Assembly: GCF_000015225.1 (NCBI RefSeq)
Contig: NC_008698.1
Location: 510,001-542,000, forward strand
DNA from: Thermofilum pendens Hrk 5
GTDB taxonomy: Archaea; Thermoproteota; Thermoprotei; Thermofilales; Thermofilaceae
Length of the DNA: 32,000 nt
Reading direction: 5' to 3'
In this document: positions 19,497-27,402 of the stretch, one piece after another
How the letters are laid out: every line of letters starts with the position of its first letter
Numbering within the stretch: position 1 is the stretch's first letter
Notes under the pieces: generated by a model
The model's database searches: none
What the model saw: the letters and a program-made list of their open reading frames with translations, nothing else
What the model was told of the DNA's origin: nothing
Translations under genes and position numbers: made by a program

Positions 19497-20348
19497 ATGC
19501 TCAAATGTCCAAACTGTAACTCTACGGTAGTGCTCGACGGGCGAACATACGAATACGTGTGTCCCAGCTGTGGTCTTGTAATTGGGTATAAACATGAACA
19601 TTCCGTACAGAAGGAAAGTTTACAAAGTAAATCTAGTAACAAAAAGGTGTTATATTCTGTGGAAGATTCCCGCGCGCTCTACGCGAGAAAAATGCTCGCA
19701 AAGCTTGGCCTCAACACATTAGCAGATGATGTTGTCAAAGAGTACCTATATGCATCACGTAAAGTCGGAGGTGGGGTTGCAGTCTTCGCCGTCGTCCTTT
19801 ACTATACGTTAAGGCGTAACAATCCGAGTGTAACACTTCGGCAAGTAGTAGAAATGATTCGGGAATCGGGATCTAGGCTTACGGTGTCACGAGCCTTGAA
19901 GATGATGCATCTTCTACACGCGCGCGGCGCGCTGTGCGTTGATGACTGGAAAACGCTCGTAGAAGAGATTTCGTTCCGCCTTGGAAATTACTACAACCTA
20001 AGCCCCCTCAAACTCCGAATGTTACTTGAGGAGTATCTGTCAAGGGTGCGTCCGCACGTGGGGGGCAGGAGTAGAAGGAACATCACTGCTGCTCTCGCTT
20101 TTATCATACTGAGAAGCCTTGGTTTTAACGTGAGATATGATGTTGTTGCGGACTTGTGTAGAGTCCCGGAAAGTAGCTTGAGGAAAAACGTGGACCTGCT
20201 CGAGCTAATCCTTCTCGAAGTGTTTGACGAGAAGGTTTTCTGCTACACTTCGGAAAAAGCTCGTACAGGGGATGACCTCGAGGTAGCCTCTAAAGTTCCC
20301 GTAGATAACCCACGAGTCGTTGAGGGGGCAGTACAGCAGGGCAACTAG
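19497..20348 (+). CDS. divergent TFB/TFIIB-like protein (Zn ribbon plus two degenerate cyclin-like repeats)
   Basis: N-terminal C4 ribbon 'CPNC-x14-CPSCGLVI'. Two repeat-like helical blocks are present ('AVFAVVLYYTLRRNNPSVTLRQVVEMI' and 'RNITAALAFIILRSLGFNVRYDVVADLCRVPESSLRKN'). The canonical B-reader/linker sequence is not recognisable. The 5' part is A/T-rich, and the last 144 nt overlap the convergent DUF359 gene. Confidence 0.6.
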   Translation: MLKCPNCNSTVVLDGRTYEYVCPSCGLVIGYKHEHSVQKESLQSKSSNKKVLYSVEDSRALYARKMLAKLGLNTLADDVVKEYLYASRKVGGGVAVFAVVLYYTLRRNNPSVTLRQVVEMIRESGSRLTVSRALKMMHLLHARGALCVDDWKTLVEEISFRLGNYYNLSPLKLRMLLEEYLSRVRPHVGGRSRRNITAALAFIILRSLGFNVRYDVVADLCRVPESSLRKNVDLLELILLEVFDEKVFCYTSEKARTGDDLEVASKVPVDNPRVVEGAVQQGN

Positions 20349-20750
20349 TGACAGCAGGTCCTCCTCTCCCTCGACGTAAACCACGATTTTTTTACCTCTG
20401 CCAATAGCGCTAGTCAACAGGTTTCTCAGGAGCTCGTAGCACTCCCTGGAGATTTCTCCCGGCCTGTTCTTGCAGGTGAACGCCTCGGCCTTCCCGGGGA
20501 GGTCCTCGACTTTCAGGTTTCTCCTCGTGTGCCCGTCCACGATGAAGAAGTCTCCCAACCCCCTTTCGCGGAACGACTTGGACACGACGTCCCCGACTAG
20601 TATCAGCGTTTTCCCGAACCTCGATGACTGCACGAGTCTCCAAGCCTTTTCCACCGAGAGTGGAGGCTCGTCGAAGAAGAGGTAGCCCCACGAGTATGAA
20701 AGCTCGCGCCTAGCGGCGGGGCTACTCGACATGCGAAGCCGGCTCCACAT
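20205..20750 (-). CDS. DUF359 / GTP-dependent dephospho-CoA kinase-like protein
   Basis: Family-like blocks 'ILVGDVVS', 'IVDGHTRR', 'NRPGEIS', 'VEGEEDLL' and 'VIYGNFRGYLEV'. The track ORF extends upstream across a tRNA gene, which is spurious. The start is taken as the ATG at 20750, with an alternative at 20732. Confidence 0.8.
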   Translation of the reverse strand: MWSRLRMSSSPAARRELSYSWGYLFFDEPPLSVEKAWRLVQSSRFGKTLILVGDVVSKSFRERGLGDFFIVDGHTRRNLKVEDLPGKAEAFTCKNRPGEISRECYELLRNLLTSAIGRGKKIVVYVEGEEDLLSLVALLYCPLNDSWVIYGNFRGYLEVIPCTSFFRSVAENLLVKHFEKD

Positions 20751-20805
20751 ACACCGTTCCCCAGCGCTGGTTGAGCATTTATCTTCCACGTGAAGCGTGA
20801 GCAAG

Positions 20806-20904
20806 TGGCGGGCCCGCCGGGATTTGAACCCGGGGCTTCCGCTACGCCCGCACGGGCTCTGCGGCTCCGGAGGCCGCCACGCTTCCTGGCTACGCCACGG
20901 GCCC
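20806..20904 (-). tRNA. tRNA-Arg(CCG), 99 nt, with a ~22-nt variable-loop intron and encoded CCA
   Basis: Acceptor GGGCCCG/CGGGCCC-G-CCA and anticodon arm GCGGC-CUCCGGA-GCCGC. Twenty-seven nt lie between the anticodon stem and the T-stem. A TATA-like box, ATTTATATTT, sits ~33-42 nt upstream (20937-20946). Confidence 0.9.
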
Positions 20905-21020
20905 CATGACGGAGTTACTGTCCAGTAAATATAAATCCTGCGTGCGCTTATCTGCGACCGCGTGCGAATGATAAAAAATTTTTTAAATGAGTACATGCAG
21001 TAATAACTTGGTGGTTCAGG

Positions 21021-21491
21021 ATGTCGGAACGTGCAAGTGAAATCAAGTTAGACCACATAGATAAGAAGATACTGGAAATATTACAGGATAACGCGAAGAC
21101 TCCGTATGCTCAGATAGCGAGCCAGCTGGGTATATCGGAGGCGACAGTGCACCTCAGGATAAAGAAGCTGGTATCCATGGGCGTTATAAAGAGGTTCCAG
21201 GCGATAATAGACCCGGAGAAGGTTGGGCGAAAGGTTACCGCCATAATAGGGGTGATCACCGTACCCCAGAAGTACTCCCAAGTGCTTAAGGAGCTCGAAA
21301 AAATGCCGGAAATAGTAGAGATATACGATGTCGCAGGCGAGTATTCGACCATCCTCAAGGTTAGAGTGAAAAACAAGGAAGACCTCGCCTCCCTACTTGA
21401 CGAGATAGGAAAAATAGACGGCGTCGAGAGCACAAAGACCATGTACGTGCTGAGAGTAATAAAGGAAGATACGAGAATCAAGGTCGACTAG
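21021..21491 (+). CDS. Lrp/AsnC-family transcriptional regulator (HTH + RAM domain)
   Basis: 'LDHIDKKILEILQDNAKTPYAQIASQLGISEATVHLRIKKL' is an HTH_AsnC-type motif, followed by a C-terminal RAM domain. Length is 156 aa. Confidence 0.9.
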   Translation: MSERASEIKLDHIDKKILEILQDNAKTPYAQIASQLGISEATVHLRIKKLVSMGVIKRFQAIIDPEKVGRKVTAIIGVITVPQKYSQVLKELEKMPEIVEIYDVAGEYSTILKVRVKNKEDLASLLDEIGKIDGVESTKTMYVLRVIKEDTRIKVD

Positions 21492-21502
21492 CCCCCGGAA
21501 AG

Positions 21503-21645
21503 TGGTGGGGCCGCCGGGATTTGAACCCGGGATTCGGCGCCCGGGGGTTTATCCCGGGCTCCACCTGGGCTCTTGTCTTCGAGATCCCGAATCCTGCGAG
21601 TTTTTGCCTCGTGCCAGGCATCCTACCAGGCTGGACTACGGCCCC
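21503..21645 (-). tRNA. tRNA, probably Pro(CGG), 143 nt, with three predicted introns (about 22 + 16 + 28 nt) and encoded CCA
   Basis: Acceptor GGGGCCG/CGGCCCC-A-CCA, D-arm GUCC-AGCCUGGUA-GGAU and T-arm CCGGG-UUCAAAU-CCCGG. The anticodon stem CCUGG...CCAGG encloses 45 nt. A BHB-like fold (CCUG:CAGG helix, bulges GC|A and AU|U) removes 22 nt after C32 and gives the loop C-UCGGGA. A further ~16 nt lie before CCAGG, and a 28-nt insert sits in the variable loop. Total length is 77 + 66 = 143 nt. The isotype call is tentative. Confidence 0.8.
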
Positions 21646-22054
21646 AAAGCAAGCACAAATAAGCCACGGGGATTTAAAAACTTTCGTATATCGTGCGCGT
21701 TTGGAGGTGTACGCATGTTGTGGTGGAGAAGAAAAAAGGAAGGTTTTAGACGTATGTTTTGAGCTCCAACTCTGCTCTCATCTTCTTCAAAGCACTTTCA
21801 CCCATTTCATCGCCGCTCTCTTCGCCTCCCCCTCGGCGTTGCTTTTTGCATGCGCCGCGCTCAGCGCGAAGAGCAATCTCCTCGGCACCTGGGGGCGTCG
21901 CGCGCCGCTACTGCATCGCCGAGAACATCAACCCTCATCCATACCACTGTTCCTCCTCACCTCGGTCTCAACGTACTCCTCGCCTACGTACATCGCCGAG
22001 GTGCCCGGCCTCCTCTTTACGTGCACCAAAAAGGGCTTGCAAAGGACTGTGCTG

Positions 22055-22873
22055 TTATTGTTTTTGCTCCACTGCTTTCTTTATAGCCTCGAAGAGGGTT
22101 GACGAAGCCTTTAACGCCATGTCTCGAGCTCGGAGAACCTCGTCTGGCCTGAAGGATCCCTCTCCGCTTTTCTGTATTGCGCAGATCTCGCCTCTCTCCG
22201 TGATGCCGAAGGTTATCTTTGCGTCGGCTGTGAGTTCCTCTTCGAGAGTTGGGTCTACTACTAGGTACTCGCCTATCTTGGCAACGGTTACATAGACGAC
22301 CAGCGTGTTGATGGGTAGGGGGTCTTTCTCGTCGAGAACAGCGATCTTATTTTCCTGGACGGAGGTTCGGGGGAGCTTTGTGTCTAGTAGGGCGAGTAGC
22401 GCTGCAAGTCCTGCTGCATCTACAAGGTTTCCATCGTGGTCGAGGGGGTATATGTCTATGTAGAGAGTCCAGCACTTCGCGGAGGGTATTATGGAGAGCT
22501 TTGCCAAGTCTACGACTTTCGCACTCCTAAACCCTCTGTCCACGACTCTCGCCAGTTCAATGTCCTCCTCTCCGGGGGGTCCCGGTTCGAAAAACGGGGA
22601 AGCCACGGGAGACAGCTCGGCGTTGACTATTTGTACTCCCTCGTTCGGTGCGTCGGGAAACGGGGTCCCTATAGCCAGCTTAACTCCGGCAATCACCTGG
22701 GTTGAGCCGAGGAATACTCTTGCCGAGCCGTCAGCTTTGCCTATAATACCCTTCTCGAGCCTTATCTCCCTGTACTGGTCCGCTTTCCTACCGTCGAGCC
22801 TTTCGCCCTTAGCAAGGGAGGCCAGTATAACCTCCTTTTTCACGGAAGGAACGAATGTTCGAGCCTCAGCCAC
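22055..22873 (-). CDS. rrp42: exosome complex subunit Rrp42 (RNase PH-like, non-catalytic)
   Basis: RNase PH-fold protein of 272 aa directly downstream of rrp41. Its GTG start overlaps the rrp41 stop by 1 nt. Confidence 0.9.
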   Translation of the reverse strand: MAEARTFVPSVKKEVILASLAKGERLDGRKADQYREIRLEKGIIGKADGSARVFLGSTQVIAGVKLAIGTPFPDAPNEGVQIVNAELSPVASPFFEPGPPGEEDIELARVVDRGFRSAKVVDLAKLSIIPSAKCWTLYIDIYPLDHDGNLVDAAGLAALLALLDTKLPRTSVQENKIAVLDEKDPLPINTLVVYVTVAKIGEYLVVDPTLEEELTADAKITFGITERGEICAIQKSGEGSFRPDEVLRARDMALKASSTLFEAIKKAVEQKQ

Positions 22874-23610
22874 TATTCCTCCACCTCTTTCACAGACTCG
22901 TACTTGGTCTTAAGCGCGCGCACCTGTTCAGCATAAATCTTTTGGAAGGCTTTCTGCGCCAGCCTCAACGCTTCCTCGATCTCTTGCGGGGTGAACACTC
23001 CGTCCGCCTGCAGGAGCGTTATTTCCCCGCGCTGAGGCATCATAGCTATCGGCATATCTCCATCTCCGTACTGGTCTTCAATACCGTTGATGTCGAGGAC
23101 GAGGACGTTTCCTATTTTTCCAACTGCTATTGCCGCTACGAGGTCCCGCATTGCTATACCGGCGTCAGCGAGAGCCACAGATCCCGCTATTATACTCGCA
23201 GTCCTTGTTCCACCGTCTGCCTCGAGTATGTGGATGTAGACCTCGATGGATGTTCTCGGGTATTCGTTGAGGAAGACTGCCGGAGCAAGAGCCTCCCTAA
23301 TTACTTTCGATAGCTCTATCTCCCTCCTCGAAGGCTGAGGACTTTTCCTTTCGGCCACGGAGAACGGGAGCATGCTGTACCTGCACTTAAGTATCGCTCT
23401 GTCAGGAAGGGCTTCGTGCCTGGGCATAGGCTCCCTGGGTCCATACACCGCGGCTAGGACCTTGTTATTCCCCAGCTCCACGTAAGCGGATCCATCGGCG
23501 TTCTTTAGCACGCCTGCCTCTACGCGCAAGGGTCGCATTTCATCAGGTAGGCGTCCATCTACTCGTCTACCGTTTTCGTCTATAAGCCGTTCCGGTGCTC
23601 CTCGCTTCAT
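22873..23610 (-). CDS. rrp41: exosome complex exonuclease Rrp41 (RNase PH)
   Basis: 'DGRxxDExRP' N-terminus, with 'GTRTASI' and 'DGxxT' RNase PH blocks. The ATG overlaps the rrp4 stop (ATGA). Confidence 0.94.
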   Translation of the reverse strand: MKRGAPERLIDENGRRVDGRLPDEMRPLRVEAGVLKNADGSAYVELGNNKVLAAVYGPREPMPRHEALPDRAILKCRYSMLPFSVAERKSPQPSRREIELSKVIREALAPAVFLNEYPRTSIEVYIHILEADGGTRTASIIAGSVALADAGIAMRDLVAAIAVGKIGNVLVLDINGIEDQYGDGDMPIAMMPQRGEITLLQADGVFTPQEIEEALRLAQKAFQKIYAEQVRALKTKYESVKEVEE

Positions 23611-24320
23611 GATCTCAACCTCTCTTCTATAAACTGCTTTATCCTATCGGTTAAACCTGTTGTATGCGCCTCCGCCTCTATCTTCCTAACAGCGAGAACG
23701 GCTATTTCGACCCTCTGGGGATCGTCGCCCACAACGACTATCCTTCCGTTCTGTCCCACTATCAGCTTCACGCCGAGGAGGTCTTCGATCATGGAGACCA
23801 TGGAGCCCCTCCTACCTATAACCCTGGGTACTTTTTGAGGCGGAATTTCTACGAGAGTTCCCCGGGGTATTTTCCCGAGCCTTGACTCTTTAATCGTGAG
23901 AACAGGGTCTTTGCTGAGATCGAAGGACACTATCTTCGCCAGTATCAGGTCGCCCACGTCGAGTATCCTGGAAAGCTCGTTTCTCGAGATGGTGACTGGT
24001 CTGCTGGTAACCTCCGAGACTGGTAGGACAGCCACATACGGAGAGTTTATGTCGACCTCCCAGCTAGTGAACCCTATATCGACAACTTTCCCCACGACGA
24101 TGTGTCCCTCTACCGGGAAGTATTTCCCCTTAAGGGGAATGACCTTAACGACACGGTTCTCCTCGTCCACCGTAACTACTCCCAGCACCTTCGAGTAGTA
24201 CTTCCTGCCCACCCTGAAGACTTGCCCCTCTACCCTAAACCTGCCCTGTTCGCCGACAAATTCTCCTGGCGCAACAATCTGCCTATCCTTAACGTGTATG
24301 GTCACAGCACCACCTCTCAA
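23607..24320 (-). CDS. rrp4: exosome RNA-binding subunit Rrp4 (S1 + KH domains)
   Basis: An S1-like block '[20 protein letters not shown]' is followed by a KH motif '[14 protein letters not shown]'. The TTG start overlaps the SBDS stop (TTGA). Confidence 0.9.
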   Translation of the reverse strand: MRGGAVTIHVKDRQIVAPGEFVGEQGRFRVEGQVFRVGRKYYSKVLGVVTVDEENRVVKVIPLKGKYFPVEGHIVVGKVVDIGFTSWEVDINSPYVAVLPVSEVTSRPVTISRNELSRILDVGDLILAKIVSFDLSKDPVLTIKESRLGKIPRGTLVEIPPQKVPRVIGRRGSMVSMIEDLLGVKLIVGQNGRIVVVGDDPQRVEIAVLAVRKIEAEAHTTGLTDRIKQFIEERLRS

Positions 24321-25024
24321 ACGGGCTCCATACGTATGAGCTTCACGTCCCCCGAACCTTTAGTCAGAGACGCTACTTTCTCAACTATGCTGGACTGTAG
24401 CCCTGCTGGGACTTCTATCTCCAAGTCCAGCGAACCGTCGCTTCTGTAGTTTTCCCTTAGGACCTTCCCCATCTTGCTCACAGCATGGTAAGCTTTACCC
24501 ACGTAGGCGGCCGGTATGTAGACAGCCATTATAGCCTTCATTATCTTCATTGGGAGGGTCATTCTAAGCGCTTTAATCACGTCAGGTACCTGTAACTCTG
24601 CCGGCTTGAAGGGGTCGATGCTCACCCTTGCTTCTTCGAGGGCTAGCTCGATACGCTTAGCCGGGATGGGGGCGTTTGTCCGCGGGTCTACAGCGTTCCT
24701 GGAGATAAGCTCTATTATTTGTCTCTTCTTCTGCTCTATGAGCTCTCTTCTCTGCTCCGTTGTGAGAAGCAACTCTCCTTGCTTGAGAATTATCTCTGCA
24801 ACAGAGTAAATGTTGTCGGTGCCGAACACTTTCTTCAGCTCCGACTCGGAGGCCTTTAACCCCCTATTAGCGTCGTAGTAAATGAATTCTCCCTCCATTA
24901 TTTCCCTCACGTTCAGTTTCTCTCCGTTCTTGTAGAGCCAAGCCTTTTCAACGTCCACTATTATCTCGTACCTCTTGCCGCCCCGCTCTAGCCTAGCTAT
25001 GCTTAGCCTCCTCTTACCCGACAT
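24317..25024 (-). CDS. sdo1: SBDS/Sdo1-family ribosome maturation protein
   Basis: 235 aa with N-terminus '[15 protein letters not shown]' and '[22 protein letters not shown]' typical of SBDS. It occupies the conserved position between psmA and rrp4. Confidence 0.9.
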   Translation of the reverse strand: MSGKRRLSIARLERGGKRYEIIVDVEKAWLYKNGEKLNVREIMEGEFIYYDANRGLKASESELKKVFGTDNIYSVAEIILKQGELLLTTEQRRELIEQKKRQIIELISRNAVDPRTNAPIPAKRIELALEEARVSIDPFKPAELQVPDVIKALRMTLPMKIMKAIMAVYIPAAYVGKAYHAVSKMGKVLRENYRSDGSLDLEIEVPAGLQSSIVEKVASLTKGSGDVKLIRMEPV

Positions 25025-25093
25025 GATGCCTCACAAACATAGAACTAACCTAACTTATTTAAAAACAAATGTTTCGCGCGCGCTACGTCACGT

Positions 25094-25810
25094 TCAACGT
25101 AGTTTCTCGAAAAGTTTCGCCAGCTCCTCGGTAGAGAAGATTTTGAACTCCTTCGTGTAGACATCGATCCGGGCAAGCTCGATGTTTTCCGGTGTGAAGC
25201 CGTCTTCCATTGCCTCCTTAAGCCCTCTCAAGGCTAGTAGCGTAGCTTCTTCGATTTTTATGTCGTCGTGGTACTCCTTCACAAACAAGTCTAGGGCTTT
25301 CTGGGCACCCGCACCTATCGCGCGGGCCTTGCACCTCAGGTATGTACCGCCGGGATCCGTTTGGATGAGGTGGGGTCCCTTTCGGTCAACGCCTGCGAAA
25401 AGGAAAGCTACCCCGAAGGGGCGCACACCGCCGTGCTGCGTGTACACCTGTTTTATGTCGCATATCCTTTTCACAAGCAACTCTATCGGTATCGGCTCAC
25501 CGTACACAAGCCTGTGGGACTGCGCGTATATCCTCGCCTGGTCTATCAAGACCCGGGCATCACCGAAGAGCCCGGCAAACGCGACGCCGACATGGCTATC
25601 TATCTTCTTTATCTTCTCGGTGCCCTCTACTAGAGGCGAAGCGCTCCTCTTTTCAACAGCCAGCACAACGCCGTCAACAGCCTTAACGCCGAGCGCGGTC
25701 ATACCGCGCTTTACAGCCTCAAAGGCGTACTCAACCTGGTACAGCCTGCCCTCAGGACTGAATATCGTGATGGCTCTATCGTAACCAGCCATAGGAGCAG
25801 CCGGAAACAT
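25094..25810 (-). CDS. psmA: proteasome alpha subunit
   Basis: 'YDRAITIFSPEGRLYQVEYA' is the alpha-subunit N-terminal signature. Length is 238 aa. The TATA box TTTTATAA (25842-25849) sits ~31 nt upstream of the ATG. Confidence 0.95.
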   Translation of the reverse strand: MFPAAPMAGYDRAITIFSPEGRLYQVEYAFEAVKRGMTALGVKAVDGVVLAVEKRSASPLVEGTEKIKKIDSHVGVAFAGLFGDARVLIDQARIYAQSHRLVYGEPIPIELLVKRICDIKQVYTQHGGVRPFGVAFLFAGVDRKGPHLIQTDPGGTYLRCKARAIGAGAQKALDLFVKEYHDDIKIEEATLLALRGLKEAMEDGFTPENIELARIDVYTKEFKIFSTEELAKLFEKLR

Positions 25811-25841
25811 ACTGCACCCCCGAAGTTGGAATCTTGGGCAG

Positions 25842-25849
25842 TTATAAAA
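25842..25849 (-). promoter_or_regulatory. TATA box of psmA
   Basis: The minus-strand sense reads GCGCGCG-AAGC-TTTTATAA, with the ATG 31 nt downstream, as expected for a leaderless transcript. Confidence 0.6.
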
Positions 25850-26192
25850 GCTTCGCGCGCAACGGCGATACTCCTGGTCTTTGCATAGTTCGGGCTTTTC
25901 GTAGCAAAGCTCCGGGTGGCACTCCCCGGGGTTTCTAGCGCAGTACTCGTCTCAGTAGACCTCCTCCCCTCCCTCCTTGGCTTCCTTCAGGTCGAAGTCG
26001 GGCTTCATTACCAAGTTGTCCCAGTCGTAGTAGTTCTATGTACTCGACCTCGTACAGCGCGCGTCGAGAAACTGGGGGTCAGGGCGTTAAAAGTAGGAAA
26101 CCACCGGGAAGGGTGTCTAGCTTTCTCCTTCCTTTTGCATGCTTGAGCCCAGTCGAAAAGTTTAAGAGAACAGAAGTAGTAGAGGTAGAGGA

Positions 26193-26296
26193 GGCCTCGG
26201 TGGTGTAGCCTGGGAACACGTCGGCCTGTGGAGCCGAAGAGGCGCCGTGAGCGGCGCGCGCGGAAACCCCGGGTTCAAATCCCGGCCGAGGCCCCA
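26193..26296 (+). tRNA. tRNA-His(GUG), 104 nt, with encoded G-1, a ~26-nt variable-loop intron and encoded CCA
   Basis: G-1 pairs with C73 (G-GCCUCGG...CCGAGGC-C-CCA). The anticodon arm is UCGGC-CUGUGGA-GCCGA. Thirty-one nt lie between the anticodon stem and the T-stem. A TATA-like box, AAAGTTTAAG, sits ~30 nt upstream. Confidence 0.9.
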
Positions 26297-26446
26297 AATC
26301 CTTGTTGTCTTCTCTCCTAAGATTTTACAGGGGTTGCACTGGAAGCCAGTCTCCGTTCTCTTTCGCGCACCAGTCAAGCGCGGCACGGGCGCCAGTAAGC
26401 TCGCGTAAAGTAAAGAATAAAAGTGGAGTAGACGTTATCTTTTTAG

Positions 26447-26563
26447 GCCGGGGTGGCCGAGCGGACCAAGGCGGTGGACACTTGGAGCCACACTCGAGAT
26501 CTGTCCGCGAGGCATCCACTGCCCGTTAAGGGTGCCCGGGTTCGAATCCCGGCCCCGGCGCCA
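26447..26563 (+). tRNA. tRNA-Ser(CGA), 117 nt, with two predicted anticodon-loop introns (14 nt near 32/33, 15 nt at 37/38) and encoded CCA
   Basis: Class II body nearly identical to the tRNA-Ser at 28958 in acceptor, D-arm, long variable arm and T-arm. The stem GUGGA/UCCAC encloses 36 nt. After removing ACUUGGAGCCACAC, a canonical BHB forms (CUCG:CGAG helix, bulges AG|A and GC|A), giving the loop CUCGAGA. Confidence 0.85.
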
Positions 26564-26622
26564 TTCTCTGCCTTCAAGTGTTTCGTGAAAAGGTCTTAAA
26601 ACCCCGAGTATCTATTGTGTGC

Positions 26623-27390
26623 GTGGTCAGGAAGAGCATCATCGTAATGCTAGGCCCGGCTGGCTCCGGGAAGACTTCTCTCGTAGCGTCGCTAGGTAAG
26701 TGGATAGAGAAGAAGCAACTAGTACCCGTGCTGTACGTGAACCTGGATCCCGGAGCCCCCTACACGCCATACGCCGCGGAGGTAAACATCCGGGAATACG
26801 TTAAGGTTGAAGACGTGATGGCTAGGGAGAAGCTGGGGCCGAACGGGGCGTTAATAAGGAGTATTGAGCTCGCCAGAGAGTACCTGCCGGAAATCGTGGA
26901 ACGGATAGGTAGATCTCCCAAGCCTTACGTCCTCGTCGATACGCCGGGGCAGATGGAGCTCTTTCTTTTCAGAGACCTGGGTGTAGAATTCGTAGAGGCT
27001 ATGCGGAGAGTGGGCTACATTATAGGTGTACTCATCTTTGACCACCTTCTCGCCGCGCGCCCCCAGGACGTGGTCTCATTGAGGCTGTTGGCGACAATCG
27101 TTCAGCTCAGGCTGGGAGTCGACGTGATACCGGTGATCAACAAGAGCGACGTGTCCTCCGAGACCAGGGAAAGGCTTAGCCGGGCACTGTCGGACTCTTC
27201 CTCTCTCCTGGAGGAGCTAAAGTCGGAGAGAGGACTGCTCGGGGAGATGTCCGAGAAAGTGGTTGGCGTGCTGGACGAGTACAGGTTCGCGACAAGGGTG
27301 CCTCTTGTCAGTGCGTTAACGTGGGAAGGGCTTGAAGAGCTCTACGACATGCTCCACGAGATCTTCTGCGCGTGCGGAGACCTAACGTAG
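26623..27390 (+). CDS. GPN-loop GTPase
   Basis: P-loop 'GPAGSGKTS', 'NLDPGA', the GPN motif 'LGPNGAL' and 'DTPGQMELF'. The start is set to the GTG at 26623, ~25-30 nt downstream of TCTTAAAAC. The track ORF start at 26578 lies only 15 nt after the tRNA-Ser. Confidence 0.85.
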   Translation: MVRKSIIVMLGPAGSGKTSLVASLGKWIEKKQLVPVLYVNLDPGAPYTPYAAEVNIREYVKVEDVMAREKLGPNGALIRSIELAREYLPEIVERIGRSPKPYVLVDTPGQMELFLFRDLGVEFVEAMRRVGYIIGVLIFDHLLAARPQDVVSLRLLATIVQLRLGVDVIPVINKSDVSSETRERLSRALSDSSSLLEELKSERGLLGEMSEKVVGVLDEYRFATRVPLVSALTWEGLEELYDMLHEIFCACGDLT

Positions 27391-27402
27391 GGCTTCGCGC
27401 CG

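Noticed and set aside
20751-20996. N-terminal extension of the 263-aa ORF 20205-20996
   Set aside because: The extension reads straight through tRNA-Arg (20806-20904) and its promoter. The conserved DUF359 similarity begins only after the ATG at 20750 or 20732.
21521-22295. Three overlapping plus-strand ORFs of 193, 178 and 78 aa
   Set aside because: They start inside tRNA-Pro or run antisense into rrp42. The translations are Ser/Pro/Arg/Ala low-complexity. No promoter or SD signal is present.
26178-26191. 13-mer GTAGAGGTAGAGG repeated at ~26179-26191 and ~29476-29488, with the related AGTAGAAGTAGAGG at ~28611-28624
   Set aside because: It is a low-complexity (GTAGAG)n-like sequence. One copy lies inside the trpS coding region. 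Several identical 13-mers are expected by chance in 32 kb at this composition.
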